DNA of 64,000 bases from Botryllus schlosseri. Lineage: Eukaryota. The position numbers and the translations under genes were made by a program. The DNA lies in the NCBI GenBank assembly GCA_051294905.1, contig CM119372.1, forward strand, positions 33,790,001 to 33,854,000. Direction: 5' to 3'. Shown here one piece after another: positions 51,739 through 64,000 of the stretch (position 1 is the first letter of the stretch; each line of letters opens with the position of its first letter). Below the pieces are notes generated by a model that was not told the origin of the DNA, made no database searches, and worked only from the letters and a program-made list of their open reading frames with translations.

Positions 51739-53364
51739 GTAATGACATGGCAACGCATAGCCTGTTTGTCGTGGCCATAATACCCAACAGTTTCAGAAAC
51801 CTTTCTTTAGAATTATAAGGAAAATACAGCTTTAGAGAAAGTAACAATTGAGGTAGCCATAAAGCAACGGTGACTGCGTATAATTGCGACAGAAGGTGGT
51901 TTCGATATTACTAGGAACCATTTGTGGTACATGTCAGGCTTTAATTTTGTGAAGTGGAATAATTCCGGATCACGACAAATTGACATCTCGTCAACCCGTC
52001 TCGCGGAGAAGTATTAGAAAATCTGTGCGTGCCCGGAGGCATCGAGATCTTCTACGTCTGCACAAGATGGTTATTTCTTTGATCAGTACAGTCTAGACTT
52101 GGAGTGCGTCAGTCGAATGTATAATCCGAAGAGTTGAGTCACAGATTTTCTAATATGATTACTTGTTTGGCTGGCAGTGTGCGATCTATTTGGAGCAGGC
52201 TATTACAAACTTATATTTATTGACATTAATAGATGTTATATGCTATACATGGTGTCTCGGCAACAAGAGTCATTCTACATCATATGCGCTTATAAAACAC
52301 GGCCCACTGTCGTCCTGGGGTTATTTTTCGGCTGGCGATGAGCCTAGATAAACCCCCAGTAGGAATAGATATGTTGTTGTTGTTTGTGGTGCGGTGTTCG
52401 TGGTGCTTCGACATGAACGGTCATTGTAAGAAGCAGAGGTGGTCAAAGTAGTCAAGAAAGCTACTCAAGTAGAAGTAGTAAAAGTACTTCTTCCATAGGC
52501 AACTTACAACTACTTGAAGTAGAAGTAGAATTGACTGACTTTAAATCTACTCAAGTAAGTAAGTAGTTGTGAAAACGATCATCATTAGTTCGCATGGATT
52601 GTCTAAAGCTGCGAATTGAGCAATGTGAAAGTTGCAGAGCTTGATTCATATTGATGCATACCAGGAGGTATCCAATTTTCGACAGCATAACCATCGTCCG
52701 CATCAAGGGATGAAAATGATAGTATTGATATGGAAATGCGATACTAATACTCTGTTTACTCGAACAGCCCGTTTTAGAAAATAGCATGGTATGGCGCCTT
52801 CCCCCATATTATATGTCCCGTAGTTCAGTCGGAAAGCAATACGGAGAAGTTGTGTCGGATTCGGTGTAAACATTTGCGCGGTTAGTAAACGTTAATAAAA
52901 AATATGGTGGATCGTATAAATGCCATATTGTGTAGCTTTATTTCCGAAAATTGAAGGCATTACTACACTTGCTTTTACACTTCAGCATGTATGTTCTACA
53001 GACAAAAGAACTGAAACTAATTAAAACTCTCTAAGTAATGATACAGCGAATTGAACGAGAAATACCAATACTAGTTCAGAAAAGCGGAAAACGTATTTCA
53101 TGTATTTTGTCGGGACAATTTTAACGGTGGTATGCTAAGACAGGTCTAACGCTAAAAAAAGTCAGAGCCCACTTTTCCAGATTATGACACGCCATGGGCT
53201 GCTGGAATAAGACATGATGGGTAAATGCTAGATTGCGAAACGGTAGTTTCAAACGTTATGATGAACCATATTTACTCTGATGAAATATGGCATAATGGCA
53301 TAATGGCATTACGGCCATTTTGTAATTTTTCAAAATAGCTCTGCGGCCCACCAGCGTGCTACAG

Positions 53365-53737
53365 TAGGGTTACCATACGTCCTCTTTAAGAGGATTTGTC
53401 CTCTTTTTTGACTTTTTTGAAAGTGTCCTCGGAGGACGCCCTTTTGTCCTCTTTTTTGAGATTTTGTCCTCTTTTTTGAAAATTCAGGTCAGATTTAGAG
53501 CAAATTGCGAGTGATATACCGTAAATTAGCATAGAAGTGACGCTCCGGCGGGTATTTCGGAGTGAAAAACGGTGATTTTAGCTCTGAGCGAAAAGATGAC
53601 TTTTTTTCTTTTTTTTCGTCAACCGATCACGAAGTGGGAAAAATTCACCGATTTTTGAGAATTCCTCTCCGGATTTGCAAGTCTCAAATTTCTGAAAAAG
53701 TGTCCTCTTTTTAGATTTCCAAAATATGGTAAGCCTA
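53365..53737. mobile_element. hAT MITE, 'TAGGGTTACCA' family, copy 3
   Basis: TIR TAGGGTTACCATA / TATGGTAAGCCTA, perfect TSD TGCTACAG; inserted near the end of another hAT relic that ends GGTTGAAAACCACTG at 53766. Confidence 0.92.
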
Positions 53738-54327
53738 TGCTACAGCCCATCGGTTGAAAACCACTGATCTGGATTAAGCGTGTCAGCCTAAACATACTTT
53801 AAGTTCGGTTCTTTCCACCGAAGTCGCCGCCGTCTGTGGTGAGCACTGATCAGTCGAGCCTTTCGCACACATGGCTTTGCGACACGACTAAACTGGGGAA
53901 TTCCCCGATCCTGCGGCGCTGCTGATGACGGCGGCTGCGTACTGATTAGTTTGGAAAATTGAGTAGCCTAATTGCTGTAGTTTTAATTTTTAGCGGAAGC
54001 TGCATGTGGTCGAAGTCGCATCTAATCCGGCGTAGGGCTATTGACAATCATTAGGGTGATTTTTTCTACCTAAAAACGGTACATCTTGACCTAAGAAGTC
54101 AAAATTTTGACATTTTTAGATCTTAAAAATCAGAATTTAGACCAAATTTTGACTTCATGCATGCAAATTATGTGTTTCGCCCAAACTGTTAGAATTGTAC
54201 TACTTATCTTCATTTTTGGTTTGAACTGTCTGTCCGTACGGAGTAGTTTGGCCTGGAAAAACCATTTTTTGACTTGAAAATTGACAAATTTTTACATGGA
54301 AAAACTCCATTTTTACGAAATCTGGAC

Positions 54328-54558
54328 CTATGAAGAATTCCAGTTGTTACAGCACGCATTATGGTAGAAATAATACAAATTTGTTGTAGTACAACGAAAG
54401 ATACGTTCAAAAGAACGTTCAACAGCAGCAGTTGTTGACTGGCAACACTGAAGTTGTGCGCACACTGCTGGTGAACCACAGTGTTGCTTCATACTGACAA
54501 TGTTGTCTACATTACCATTTTTCATCATGCGCTTCTTGATATAAGAATCAATGCCCAA
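54328..54558 (-). pseudogene. Decayed hAT transposase dimerization-domain fragment
   Basis: IDSYIKKRMMKNGNVDNIVSMKQHCGSPAVCAQLQCCQSTTAAVERSF, containing the hAT 'TT..VERSF' motif. The frame loses similarity afterwards. Confidence 0.7.
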
Positions 54559-55215
54559 GCTCTCTTGCTGCAGTTAGGATATTGCGCTACGTTGAGCATA
54601 AGACCATGTTAACCTATTTATTTCATTTTACCGTTTATATTCGCAATGAGCACACAATAGACGCTCTACAACGGCAGGCGTGTAAAATAGGCTACAAGCC
54701 GCAAACTGTTAAATGATAAGATCACCGACAGTGTAAACATCTACGATACAAACGAAATGCAGGTTGCAAATAAATATTGACTTTGTAAACAATTTTGACA
54801 ATTTTTTGACCTCGCTACAATTTTGACTTGTAAAACTACGAACTATAGTTGGTAGTGTGGATTGTGAAGCATGGAGCCGGCGCCGGGATGGATATTCGCC
54901 GGACGAGGGTCGGAGACGAATTCATACTTTTGTGATAGGGCCAAAGTGTGATCGGAGTTATTTTTCAAGAAAGAGGTTCGAAGTCGGACTGGAGAATTTG
55001 TCGCTCCTCTCCACTCTAGTGCTAATGCACAGTGAGTCATAGAGTATCCATACCCGCTTAACCATTATTGCTAATTATCATTGGTGGTCCGTCATGATAC
55101 TTCGTGCATCTCTACTGACATGTTTTTCGCTGATACTCGTAGTTTGGGTCGGCCTTGGAAACCACTACCATGCTATACTACATGTAATTTTAGACGGATC
55201 TACGCCTCACATTAA

Positions 55216-56682
55216 AAGGGTTTTAATGACTTGATAGTTTTTGTTTATTGAACCGACTTGCGCTCGACTCATTGCGCAAGTCTCGACCAAATGATATGAC
55301 TCGAGAATAAGACGGCCTAGTCAGGCATTTTGTCGTAGCCACCAAGAATAGTAAGCTACCACATTATTGAGATTTCATCTATCAGAACTGGTGTTTTTGA
55401 AATAGGGCCAGAAACTGTGTGAAGTGAGGAGAATTAATATGTTATTAATGCGAGGCATTCAATATCACCCAAACATAGTTGAACAGGATTTAACTCGATA
55501 CTGAACAGTGAACACAATGACATACACTCCGACTGGAGTCTCAACACTGCGACTCAGACTCGAACCTTTGAATCCTGACTTGGAGTCGGACTTGACTCGA
55601 TGGTGAATTGAAAATAACTCGACTTGACTCGAGTCAAAACTCTAAAAGTGGAATTGACTTGTAACTAGGGACCTTGTGACTTGGTTACAACTAGGGATGG
55701 TGCGAACCTCTGAAAGGTTGAGGTTCTGTGTGAACGCGAACGTGAACCTCATGACGTCATGTAGCGTCATATTCCTAATTCCAACCGACATTTCAGTGAA
55801 GTGATAGCCTATATCAATGTACTGTACAGCTGTACATGATACCTCGCGACGACTCGGGCCACCTAATGCCACAACGCTGAAGTAGGCTACATATTGACGT
55901 TTTAAACGTCGCCAAATGTACCAACCGGGGCAATCAAATGGTATAATAAAATCCATATCTTCCGCCGCTTTGCCAACAATTTGTCGAGGACTGGCAAAGG
56001 ATAATAAGCTTACGCCTTAACGGTCTAGGCCAGACCGGACAATGTATTCGGCGTCTGAGTTCTGCTACGTTGATATTCAGCAGAGTGAAAAACGTGCTTC
56101 TTTGCCTGCTACCGATATTACCCCATTAAGTAGTTATACAGCAGTAGCCAACACCCCATATCGCACGGATTCGGTTTTTATGATACAATAAGCATATGAA
56201 GACAAGATTGACCCAGTACGCCTGCTAGATTTTTTCATCAGACATCGATATACCTATTTCATTGATCGATTGGATAAGCATCATTCGCTGACTACATGTA
56301 GTGTATATCACTCTTGATGTTGTGTAATTGCGGGTCTATCTCACGGCAGAGAGTCACATTATTTACGAACGGAAAGCTGGATATTTTGAGCAAAGTTTTG
56401 TAACAAAGCAAGTAAAAGTTTAGAGATTGGCAAGGTTAATGCCCGTTTGGTGTTGATTTTGCTATGCTGCCAGCGCCATGCATAGAGTGGCCAGCAGTTG
56501 AAATTCAATATATTTCATACAAAGATGTTATAATGAAGCGGAAATTGTAATGTAATGAAAAGGGTTCACAGTGCAGAACCTACCAAGGTTCGTTTGTGAA
56601 CGTGAACCTCTAAATTTCTGTGGTTTACACACAGAACGCGAACGTGAACCTCACGTTCACACCATCCCTAGTTACAACCCTG
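55216..56682. mobile_element. hAT MITE, 'GACTCGAGTC' family, copy 4 (decayed, right TIR interrupted)
   Basis: Left end AAGGGTTTTAATGACT, body colinear with 8051-8555, right TIR split by the element at 55692-56670. No TSD match. Confidence 0.8.
55692..56670. mobile_element. hAT MITE, 'TAGGGATGG/GTGAAC' family, copy 2 (opposite orientation)
   Basis: TIR TAGGGATGGTG / CACCATCCCTA, perfect TSD GTTACAAC derived from the host MITE's TIR. Confidence 0.95.
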
Positions 56683-57964
56683 CTAATTTTACCTATCGGA
56701 CAAGCTAAAACACCCGTTCGTTGAAGCATAGGCTGCTATTTCGTGACCTCCGGAAAACGTTGTCGCTGCTCAAAAGCTCGCTCACACTTACCACAACAAA
56801 TTAAAGAGAATCTGCTTTAGTGATACGCTCACGATACCCAATTTACATTCGTTCTGCGGCGTAATATTTCTCTTTGTTAGACGCATTGTTACCACGGGAC
56901 TTAGATTGCAAGGACAGGGCCACCAGGCGTGATCTTAGGGAAAGATTTTCTCGCCGGTGATCTTTCAGAAATCACACTTCGTGTTAGCTAAAACTTTATC
57001 TGCCTTGGTGTATCTTTTAGCCCCCGGAAAGATGGTGCGTAAAAGTCCCGCTACAGCAGGCAGCATACACGTATAGAGTTATATTCAATTCTGTACATCA
57101 TGCGTATTTTTGCTAGGCCTATTTTTCATTTTTATTTATGGGGAGGCGAGTACTCAAAAATTAAAAATATACTGACACTATATCTAGGAAATAGTTCAAG
57201 TTGAAAATATAAGCTCATAAATACTTCGCCTTATGTTAAATTACGAATATTTTCGACAATTTGGGGGTGTGGGCCCCTTCGCCCAGGCCAAGTCTTTAGC
57301 CATACCTCAATAAGAATAGGCCTACGGGCAGTCACGTACGACTCAATCTGTTCCTCCAAACAGGGAAGGATCGCTATTCTTGTTAATTCGAATTTGTGAT
57401 CGGGAATATCACTTCCAATGGAATTCATTCTCGCCGATAATTATGCAGGCACTGTGGATTTGAAAACTGTGTTACAATTATACAAACTTCGCATCGAGCT
57501 CAGTGGATTAGATGTGTTCGATGCACACCCCTAAATAACTTGAAGGTGCCATATTTGCCCGATCATAGAAAATAAACGAGTATATTGTACTAATAAATCA
57601 GCGATTATCAGCAGCATTTTATATAAATTATGATTTTGAAATAGCGCGTATGAAAATTTAACAAAACGTTTCTTAAATACTTATTAAGTAAGAGGCGAGG
57701 TAAGTGTAAAATTGTAAATTAATCGGAGTGTGATATCATATAAATAACAGAGCCATACACGGCTCGCGAGCTACAGGTCCCCTTCCCTGCTTTAGACGAA
57801 TTGAAAAGGAATACACATATTCCTTACATTTGTTTTTCAATATTAATTCAATACCAGCGCCTCCATTTGCATATTACATACATTTATCGTTCAAACAGCC
57901 TTATATTCCACTTAGAAGGGGATCCTTGCTCAAATGAGTCACGTGACACTCATATCTCTCGCTC

Positions 57965-59560
57965 GTACACACTATACGCTCAGTTTGTCACGGTCAGAAT
58001 CGTAAAAAAACATTGCATTCTTACGCCTGCCCGTAACTGTGCCAGTTCAAGCGCTTCAAGATATTATGTGCACATGTATAGACGCATGCCGAGGTCGCCT
58101 GTACCACGCGGAAGGCGCGTGCGTGTTGCGATTCAAAATATGAGCACCTTTTTCCTCCAGCGCCCCTTTTCACAAATTTCCATGGTCTGGCAGCCCGTAT
58201 TTAAAGAATTCTACTAAAGATATCGGGATATAGGTTGGAGTTCAGTCAGTCTCTTCGAGTTTGGATTTGACTTTTCGAAGTATTTTGCATGGAATTGCGC
58301 CATTCGAGCACTCGATTAATTGACGATCATATAATTTTACGTACTAATCAAATTCAAGGTTATCATAGCAACCGTCTGGGTTCGAACCACTTCTGCGAAT
58401 GACGATACGATGCAGTTGTAGTGGGACTGGTAAAGCAACTGAAAATATTTTATATGCCTTTGTTCAGATCTTGCGTTACATGGCATGTACTCCAAACAAA
58501 CCAACTCATATTTTATAACGTTCATGTCAAGTCGTGGATTGCTACACTAAACAGAGTCATTCTTCATGGCGCGATGAAGAAATATACTGACGCTTTCATT
58601 TTGTAGCTCTCAAATACAAGGATGATAGGTTTACCATTTTGGTCAGGAAGCTTCAAAGCATGTCTTTGAAACAAATGCGTCAAATAAGTTGTGAAAGCTG
58701 ACGAAATCTTAATTCACTCTCAAAAGTGGTATAGGGCCACTTTTCGGGATGCAGAGAGTCACCACACCGTGTCCTGCAGGGGGCACTACCTGTTTCGAAA
58801 CATTTGCTTGTGATAACCACTATCTAGTACAGGGATCGGCAAACTTTTTAGCTCGAGGTCCGCATTCAACATCTGAATTCATCTCGCGGGCCGCACCAGA
58901 GTAAAATCTACATTGCAAGCCAATTACCAAGTATTTTTTATAACGTGTCTCGAGGCTTTCGCGGGTCGCACAAAATGTTGTCACGGGCCGTCGTTTCCCC
59001 ACCTCTGATCCAGTGCGATTGAACTGTGCTGAGAGAGACTTTGCGATTCAAAGGTTCTTGCAAGAAGCACGTAACCCAGAGTTAACATAAATTATAGTAA
59101 GCCCTGCGTTTGTGGATACACATCAGTATATTTAGCGCGAGGCACGACGACAAATTTGAGGATTGGATAAATTCTGACAAAAGGGAATTTGCCTTAAGAA
59201 CTCGGGAATAGAGATATAGTTTAGCTATATGGAACTATATATTCTAGTATGAGCTAAACTCCAACATCTCTATTGCTGCCACTTTTTTTCGTTATAGCCT
59301 CCCTTATCGCCCCTGATTTTCTCGTCCCTTCAATATTCAAATATTCCCCTGGGTGGTGAGGGAGTCAAGGTTAATAACCACGGTTCTAAGGTCTAAGGCA
59401 CCCTACATTACCATAGCATTCTTCTCCAATACATTGATATGTACACCCCGCGTGGGTCATCTTATCAATCACCATTTAGAACGAGTCAAGCTTAGACAAT
59501 ATATAAAAAGATAAATTTGTGCCACGAATGTATTTCTTGAGTCTCAGGTAGCATTCCAGA
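57965..59560. repeat. Unclassified repeat, interrupted copy (57965-58150 plus 59385-59560)
   Basis: Both parts match consecutive halves of 61512-61860, separated by ~1.2 kb of other sequence. Confidence 0.75.
58830..59007. mobile_element. Short Buster-like hAT MITE
   Basis: Ends CAGGGATCGGCAAAC / GTTTCCCCACCTCTG, flanks ATCTAGTA / ATCCAGTG (6/8), GCGGGCCGCA motifs. Confidence 0.75.
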
Positions 59561-61511
59561 AGCTAGATGTTTTGCCGGTATCTCGATGAGCCAAATTTGC
59601 GGTGATCCGATAAGTTTGGGATACCTTCACTCGCAAATTATTTCAGTTATCAATGCGTTTGGTATCACTTAATTTGCGGTGATATTAATGTCAGGCAGTC
59701 ACTAGAATTATTGTGAACGTGGGATACGGATGGCTGCGCTTACGGGTGCAAACATATTCAATTTAGTGGAGAGCATGTTGTGGTTTTTGTTGTACGTGGT
59801 ATACATGTTTCTGTCGAATAAAATAGTCATTTAATCCAGCAGGCCGATTTTCTTAATTGTGATTCTTTATCTGCCGACCGAATCGGCTAACTTTTTGGTT
59901 CTTAACCTTGACTCCAGCGACTCCATTGGCGACATGGATTTTGAGGGGGCGAAAACGCTAAAGGAGCAATATGGGAGCCTTGGACAATATGGACGCTATG
60001 GGCGCTGCTGTGAAATAGCGTAGCAGTATGGATGGAGTGGTAATTCTTACAGAGATATCAAGTTCAATAGCAGAACTGTAGTTCTATATATGCCGAGCTC
60101 TCGTTGCAACTTGACTTAAGAAAAAAAATTGATAAATTCTTCAATCCTAGAAAGAGGCCCGATGCCACTTTTGACGGTAAAATTAAGATCTTCGAAGCTT
60201 TCACACCATATTTAATGTGTTTGTGGAGTGGACAATGGACATGCTTTGAAGCTTTTTGGACATGATGATAAACCAGCTATCCATCTATTCGATATTTACT
60301 AAATGAAAGTGCTGGTATATTTCTTCATCGTACCATAACGACTGAAACTGCTTAGTGTTATAATCCACAACATCACAATCCCAAAACCCCACAACTCTCA
60401 GAGATGTTATCCTGTGCTTACATTGGAGCCGAGTCCCAGACGGCTGTTATAATAACCTTGATTTTGATTTTTACTTACAATTATTCTCAGATCGTTAATC
60501 AGTCGAGTGGTAATCGGTTTCGATTCTGCGCAAATTATATAGAAGTCCAAGGCCGACTGGACTTCGACCTCTACCTAGTACAATCCTCAAAATAATGGGG
60601 GCGCCAGACCAAGAAATTTTCTGCAACGGCGCGCTGCAGGAAAGAAAGGTCAAGAACCACTCGGTTAACCCATTCGGATAGCTGGTATATTCTAGCAATA
60701 TTATGTGACCATTGTAACTCTAGTTACGGGCAAAATATAATCGCATATGATTCGGATCTGATACTGGACATTTGGCTCAAGTCGATTCGAATCACCTCCT
60801 TGGAATATTATTTGTTTATATGGTTACTATTTACCAGTTGCTAACGATTAATCATGACGAGTGTCATCTGAAAACATTCAGGTATCTTTCAATATGAATG
60901 TACTAACAACTTATTTTATTAATCTAAATTTACGGCTGAATAATATTCGATTGAAACGAAATTCACAGCAATTTGGACAATGAACAGTTTGAGAGTATTC
61001 GGTAACGAAATACTAAATAATTCTGGATCTTAATAACGTAACAACGTCGCTGTCACATTGATTCCAGCAGCAGTGTATATAGTCTTTTAAAGGCGTAACA
61101 GTAGCTGCAGTTTAAAGATATAAATTAATTGCCTGATTGAAAATACACACAAGCCAAGATAACCTTCCATCCAAGGTGTTGGTTAAGTTGGGTGCTATTA
61201 TTGAAACACGCCGCTATACGTCATTATTCCTAACTGCCAGAGTCTCCCGCACTACATTTCAGAGGACAATTGCCATGGGATACCCCAGATAAAGTGGCGG
61301 AGAATTTGTATAGACAAATTGGAAAGGAATACACAGATTACTTTTGAGTTTTGCACAATGCACCTATTGCATATTTAATATATATCGTGCCAGCAGGGAA
61401 TTATCACAGTTAGGAGAGACGGGGCCTACGTAAGAGAGATCTTTACGTTCGTATAGCCAGCCAGCAGTAGCCACGTGCGTCACGTGATACACGGACCTCT
61501 CCCCCGAACAG

Positions 61512-61860
61512 ACTAGGCTTAGTTTGTCATGGTCAGGATTATAAAAAAAAACATTCCTTTCTTACGCCCATTCGTAACGCCAGTTCAAGCGCCTCATGCT
61601 ATTATGTGCACATTTGGGCGCATACCGCGGCCACATGTATCACGCAGATGGCGCGTGTGCGTTGCGATGCAAAAAAATGGATGGAAATGGTTTAAGGACT
61701 AAGGCACCCAACATTGCCGTGGAATTCGTCACAAGCGCATTGATGTCTACACCGCATGTGTCATCTCATCAATCAACCGTCAGATCGAGTCAAGCGTACG
61801 TATAGTCTATGCATAAGAATATTTTTGTGTCCCGAATTTATTTCGTGAGTCGTAGCAAAG
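61512..61860. repeat. Unclassified repeat, contiguous copy
   Basis: Shared blocks GCCAGTTCAAGCGC, TATTATGTGCACAT, CTAAGGCACCC and CGAGTCAAGC. Confidence 0.75.
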
Positions 61861-62520
61861 GTTAAGGTAGTGCAATGTTTCTCTTTTGACTCTTATTGTC
61901 ATGTTGGCTATCTACCGGTTTCAACTTCATGGTCCTACTCAAGTCATAAGCAATGTCTGTCGTCCCATGTTTTTGAGTCCAAGCGGAAACGAATCAGAGA
62001 GAGATAGAGATAGAGAGAAAACAGTAATTTAGACTAAAATTAAATATAATTCAAACTAAAATTGAATAGAGAGAGACAGAGAGTTTAATTTCGGAATCAC
62101 ATAACTGTATTAACGAAAAATAAATACATAATTTACTAAATGAGCAGAACCGTCATCAGAGTTGTCACGTATTGATGCCCATAATTTAACATGAAACCCG
62201 AAATGAACACAAAGAGAAGAAAATAATGATTGGCAAATCCAGTTTGCGAGGTGCATTTAGTAGTGAGTTATTATTGTAACATGGGTGATCGAAGCAGCGA
62301 TAGTTTTTGCAAAATGCGCAGATCGATTATTTAATGTAATGCAATCACAAGATTAAATACTGTATCGACTAATAAAATATAGAATTAAACATGCAGTTTC
62401 TCAGCACAATATATAAACAAATAATTATTCCAGATGTGATAGGGTGTCTAAGTGAAATTAATGCAGTATATGTAGTAGCAGGTATAAGATGTCAGTGCAA
62501 AATACCCTATATTAATGCAC

Positions 62521-63323
62521 ACGATACCTAGTGACAAATCGGGACACATAATGCCACAATGCTGATGTACATATTGATGTTTTAAACGTCGCCAAATGTA
62601 TCAAACGATATAGTCGTCCCATAAAATCAATATCTTCCGTCGCTTCGCCAACAATTTCGCAAGGGAATATAAGCTTACGCCTTAACGGTCTAGGCCCCAC
62701 CCGAACAATGCATTTGACGTCTGAGTATTGCTACGCGTTGATATCGGGCAGAGTGTTAAACAGGTTTCTATATTTGCTACCGATATTACCGCCATTAACA
62801 AGTTATACAGCAGTAGCCGGCACCCTGATAACACGGATTGGTTTCTATGATACAATAAACATATGAAATCAAGATTTGACTCCGTACGCCGGCTAGAATT
62901 TTACATCAGACAACGATATCAATTTCATTGACTGGTTCAATAAGCAGCATTTTCTGACTACCTATACATGTAGTGTATTTCTCTCTTGATGTTGCGTGAT
63001 TGCGGGTCAAGCTCACAGCAGCGTCTCTAAATACCCACACGGAAAGCTGGATATTTCGTGTAAACTTTTGTAACAACGCTAGTAAAGTATTTGAGATTTT
63101 GAAGGTGCATGCTCTTTTAATGTTGATTTTTTTTAAATGCCGCCAGCGCCAAGCTTAGAGTGGCCCTCAGTTGAAATGCAATAAACTTTAACCAAAGATG
63201 TTATAATGAAGTGGAAATTGTAATATATGAAAAAGGTTCACAGTGCTTGTGAACGTGAACCACTAAATTTCTGAGGTTCACTCACAGAACGCGAACGTGA
63301 ACCTCACGTTCGCCTCATCCCTA
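62521..63323. mobile_element. hAT MITE, 'TAGGGATGG/GTGAAC' family, copy 3 (left-truncated)
   Basis: Colinear with ~55835-56670; ends GTTCGCCTCATCCCTA. Confidence 0.88.
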
Positions 63324-63548
63324 TTCGCAATTATGAGACAACGTGTCATCCAGCATGCGGCATTGTGTCTGTACTCGATGAAAGATCGTCGGCGATGGAA
63401 CCTTTGTTCAAAATGATAAACTCATGTTCTCTGAAATATTCGATATTGATATGTCCAAGCGCCGATTAATCATGTCCTGGTCAAATGAGCCCAGCGGTAT
63501 ACAGAAACGACGCGCAATATATGTACAACTATCACAATTATTAATCGA

Positions 63549-63575
63549 ATTCATTCATTCATTCATTCATTCATT
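63549..63575. repeat. (ATTC)n microsatellite
   Basis: About 6-7 consecutive ATTC units. Confidence 0.9.
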
Positions 63576-64000
63576 TTCGAAAAGTTTCGCGCTTGGCGCG
63601 GCTAGGACACGTAGACAGAGTTTTCATGACATGTTATCGATTTTTAGTCGTAGTAATATAAATCCTATTTTATCCGTTACCTAATGCGGCGTGCTTCTAT
63701 AGGACGACTAAAAAAAGGACATCAACATTCCAGTGGCCCGCGTAGTGGTTCGTAAATCTCATCTGACCCTTTAGCCAAAAAGGTTGGCCACCCTTGGTAT
63801 ATGCAATAAACTCGGACTGAACTGTTTTTGATGTAGATATACGGTACTGCGGTAGGTCGTAATATTGTAACATAAAAATAGCAATAATTGAAATTTATTA
63901 TTTATTATCAACTTCCGATAGAAATTTCATGTCGCCGGAAGTCTAGATTTAATATGGATAGTAGGAATAAAATACGCATGTTTTATAGAAATAGGCGTAT

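Noticed and set aside
57801-58217. Longest ORF in the track (138 aa) and the other 60-116 aa ORFs
   Set aside because: They have no domain signatures, many overlap repeats or run antisense to TE relics, and their lengths are what chance gives in 64 kb.

Overview
This is AT-rich eukaryotic genomic DNA, not prokaryotic: there are no operons, long ORFs, rRNA/tRNA genes or CRISPR arrays. Its style suggests a marine invertebrate such as an ascidian, which is inference only. Almost all ORFs in the supplied track look spurious. The only host coding sequence I can support is two phase-compatible minus-strand exons (13454-13596 and 7401-7594) that splice into five extracellular-type leucine-rich repeats; the rest of that gene was not found. 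Much of the window is a nested stack of transposon relics. These include many non-autonomous hAT elements with verifiable 8-bp TSDs, a Kolobok-like TTAA element, a TA-flanked Tc1/pogo-like element, a tRNA-derived SINE resembling MetaSINEs, and decayed hAT transposase fragments. The best observation is a 560-bp insertion at 15025-15584. It is a near-perfect 223-bp inverted repeat (2 mismatches) flanked by a 13-bp duplication and absent from a paralogous site at ~50260. Each arm carries a minimal type I hammerhead-like motif with a U3-A8 core variant followed by AATAAA, which fits a back-to-back pair of Penelope-like pseudo-LTRs. Penelope hammerheads are a known class, so any novelty lies in this instance and arrangement. 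Second is a single-frame, stop-riddled hAT-like transposase C-terminus (11801-12217) whose motif I associate from memory with non-animal predicted proteins; this needs a database search. All coordinates and alignments were read by eye.
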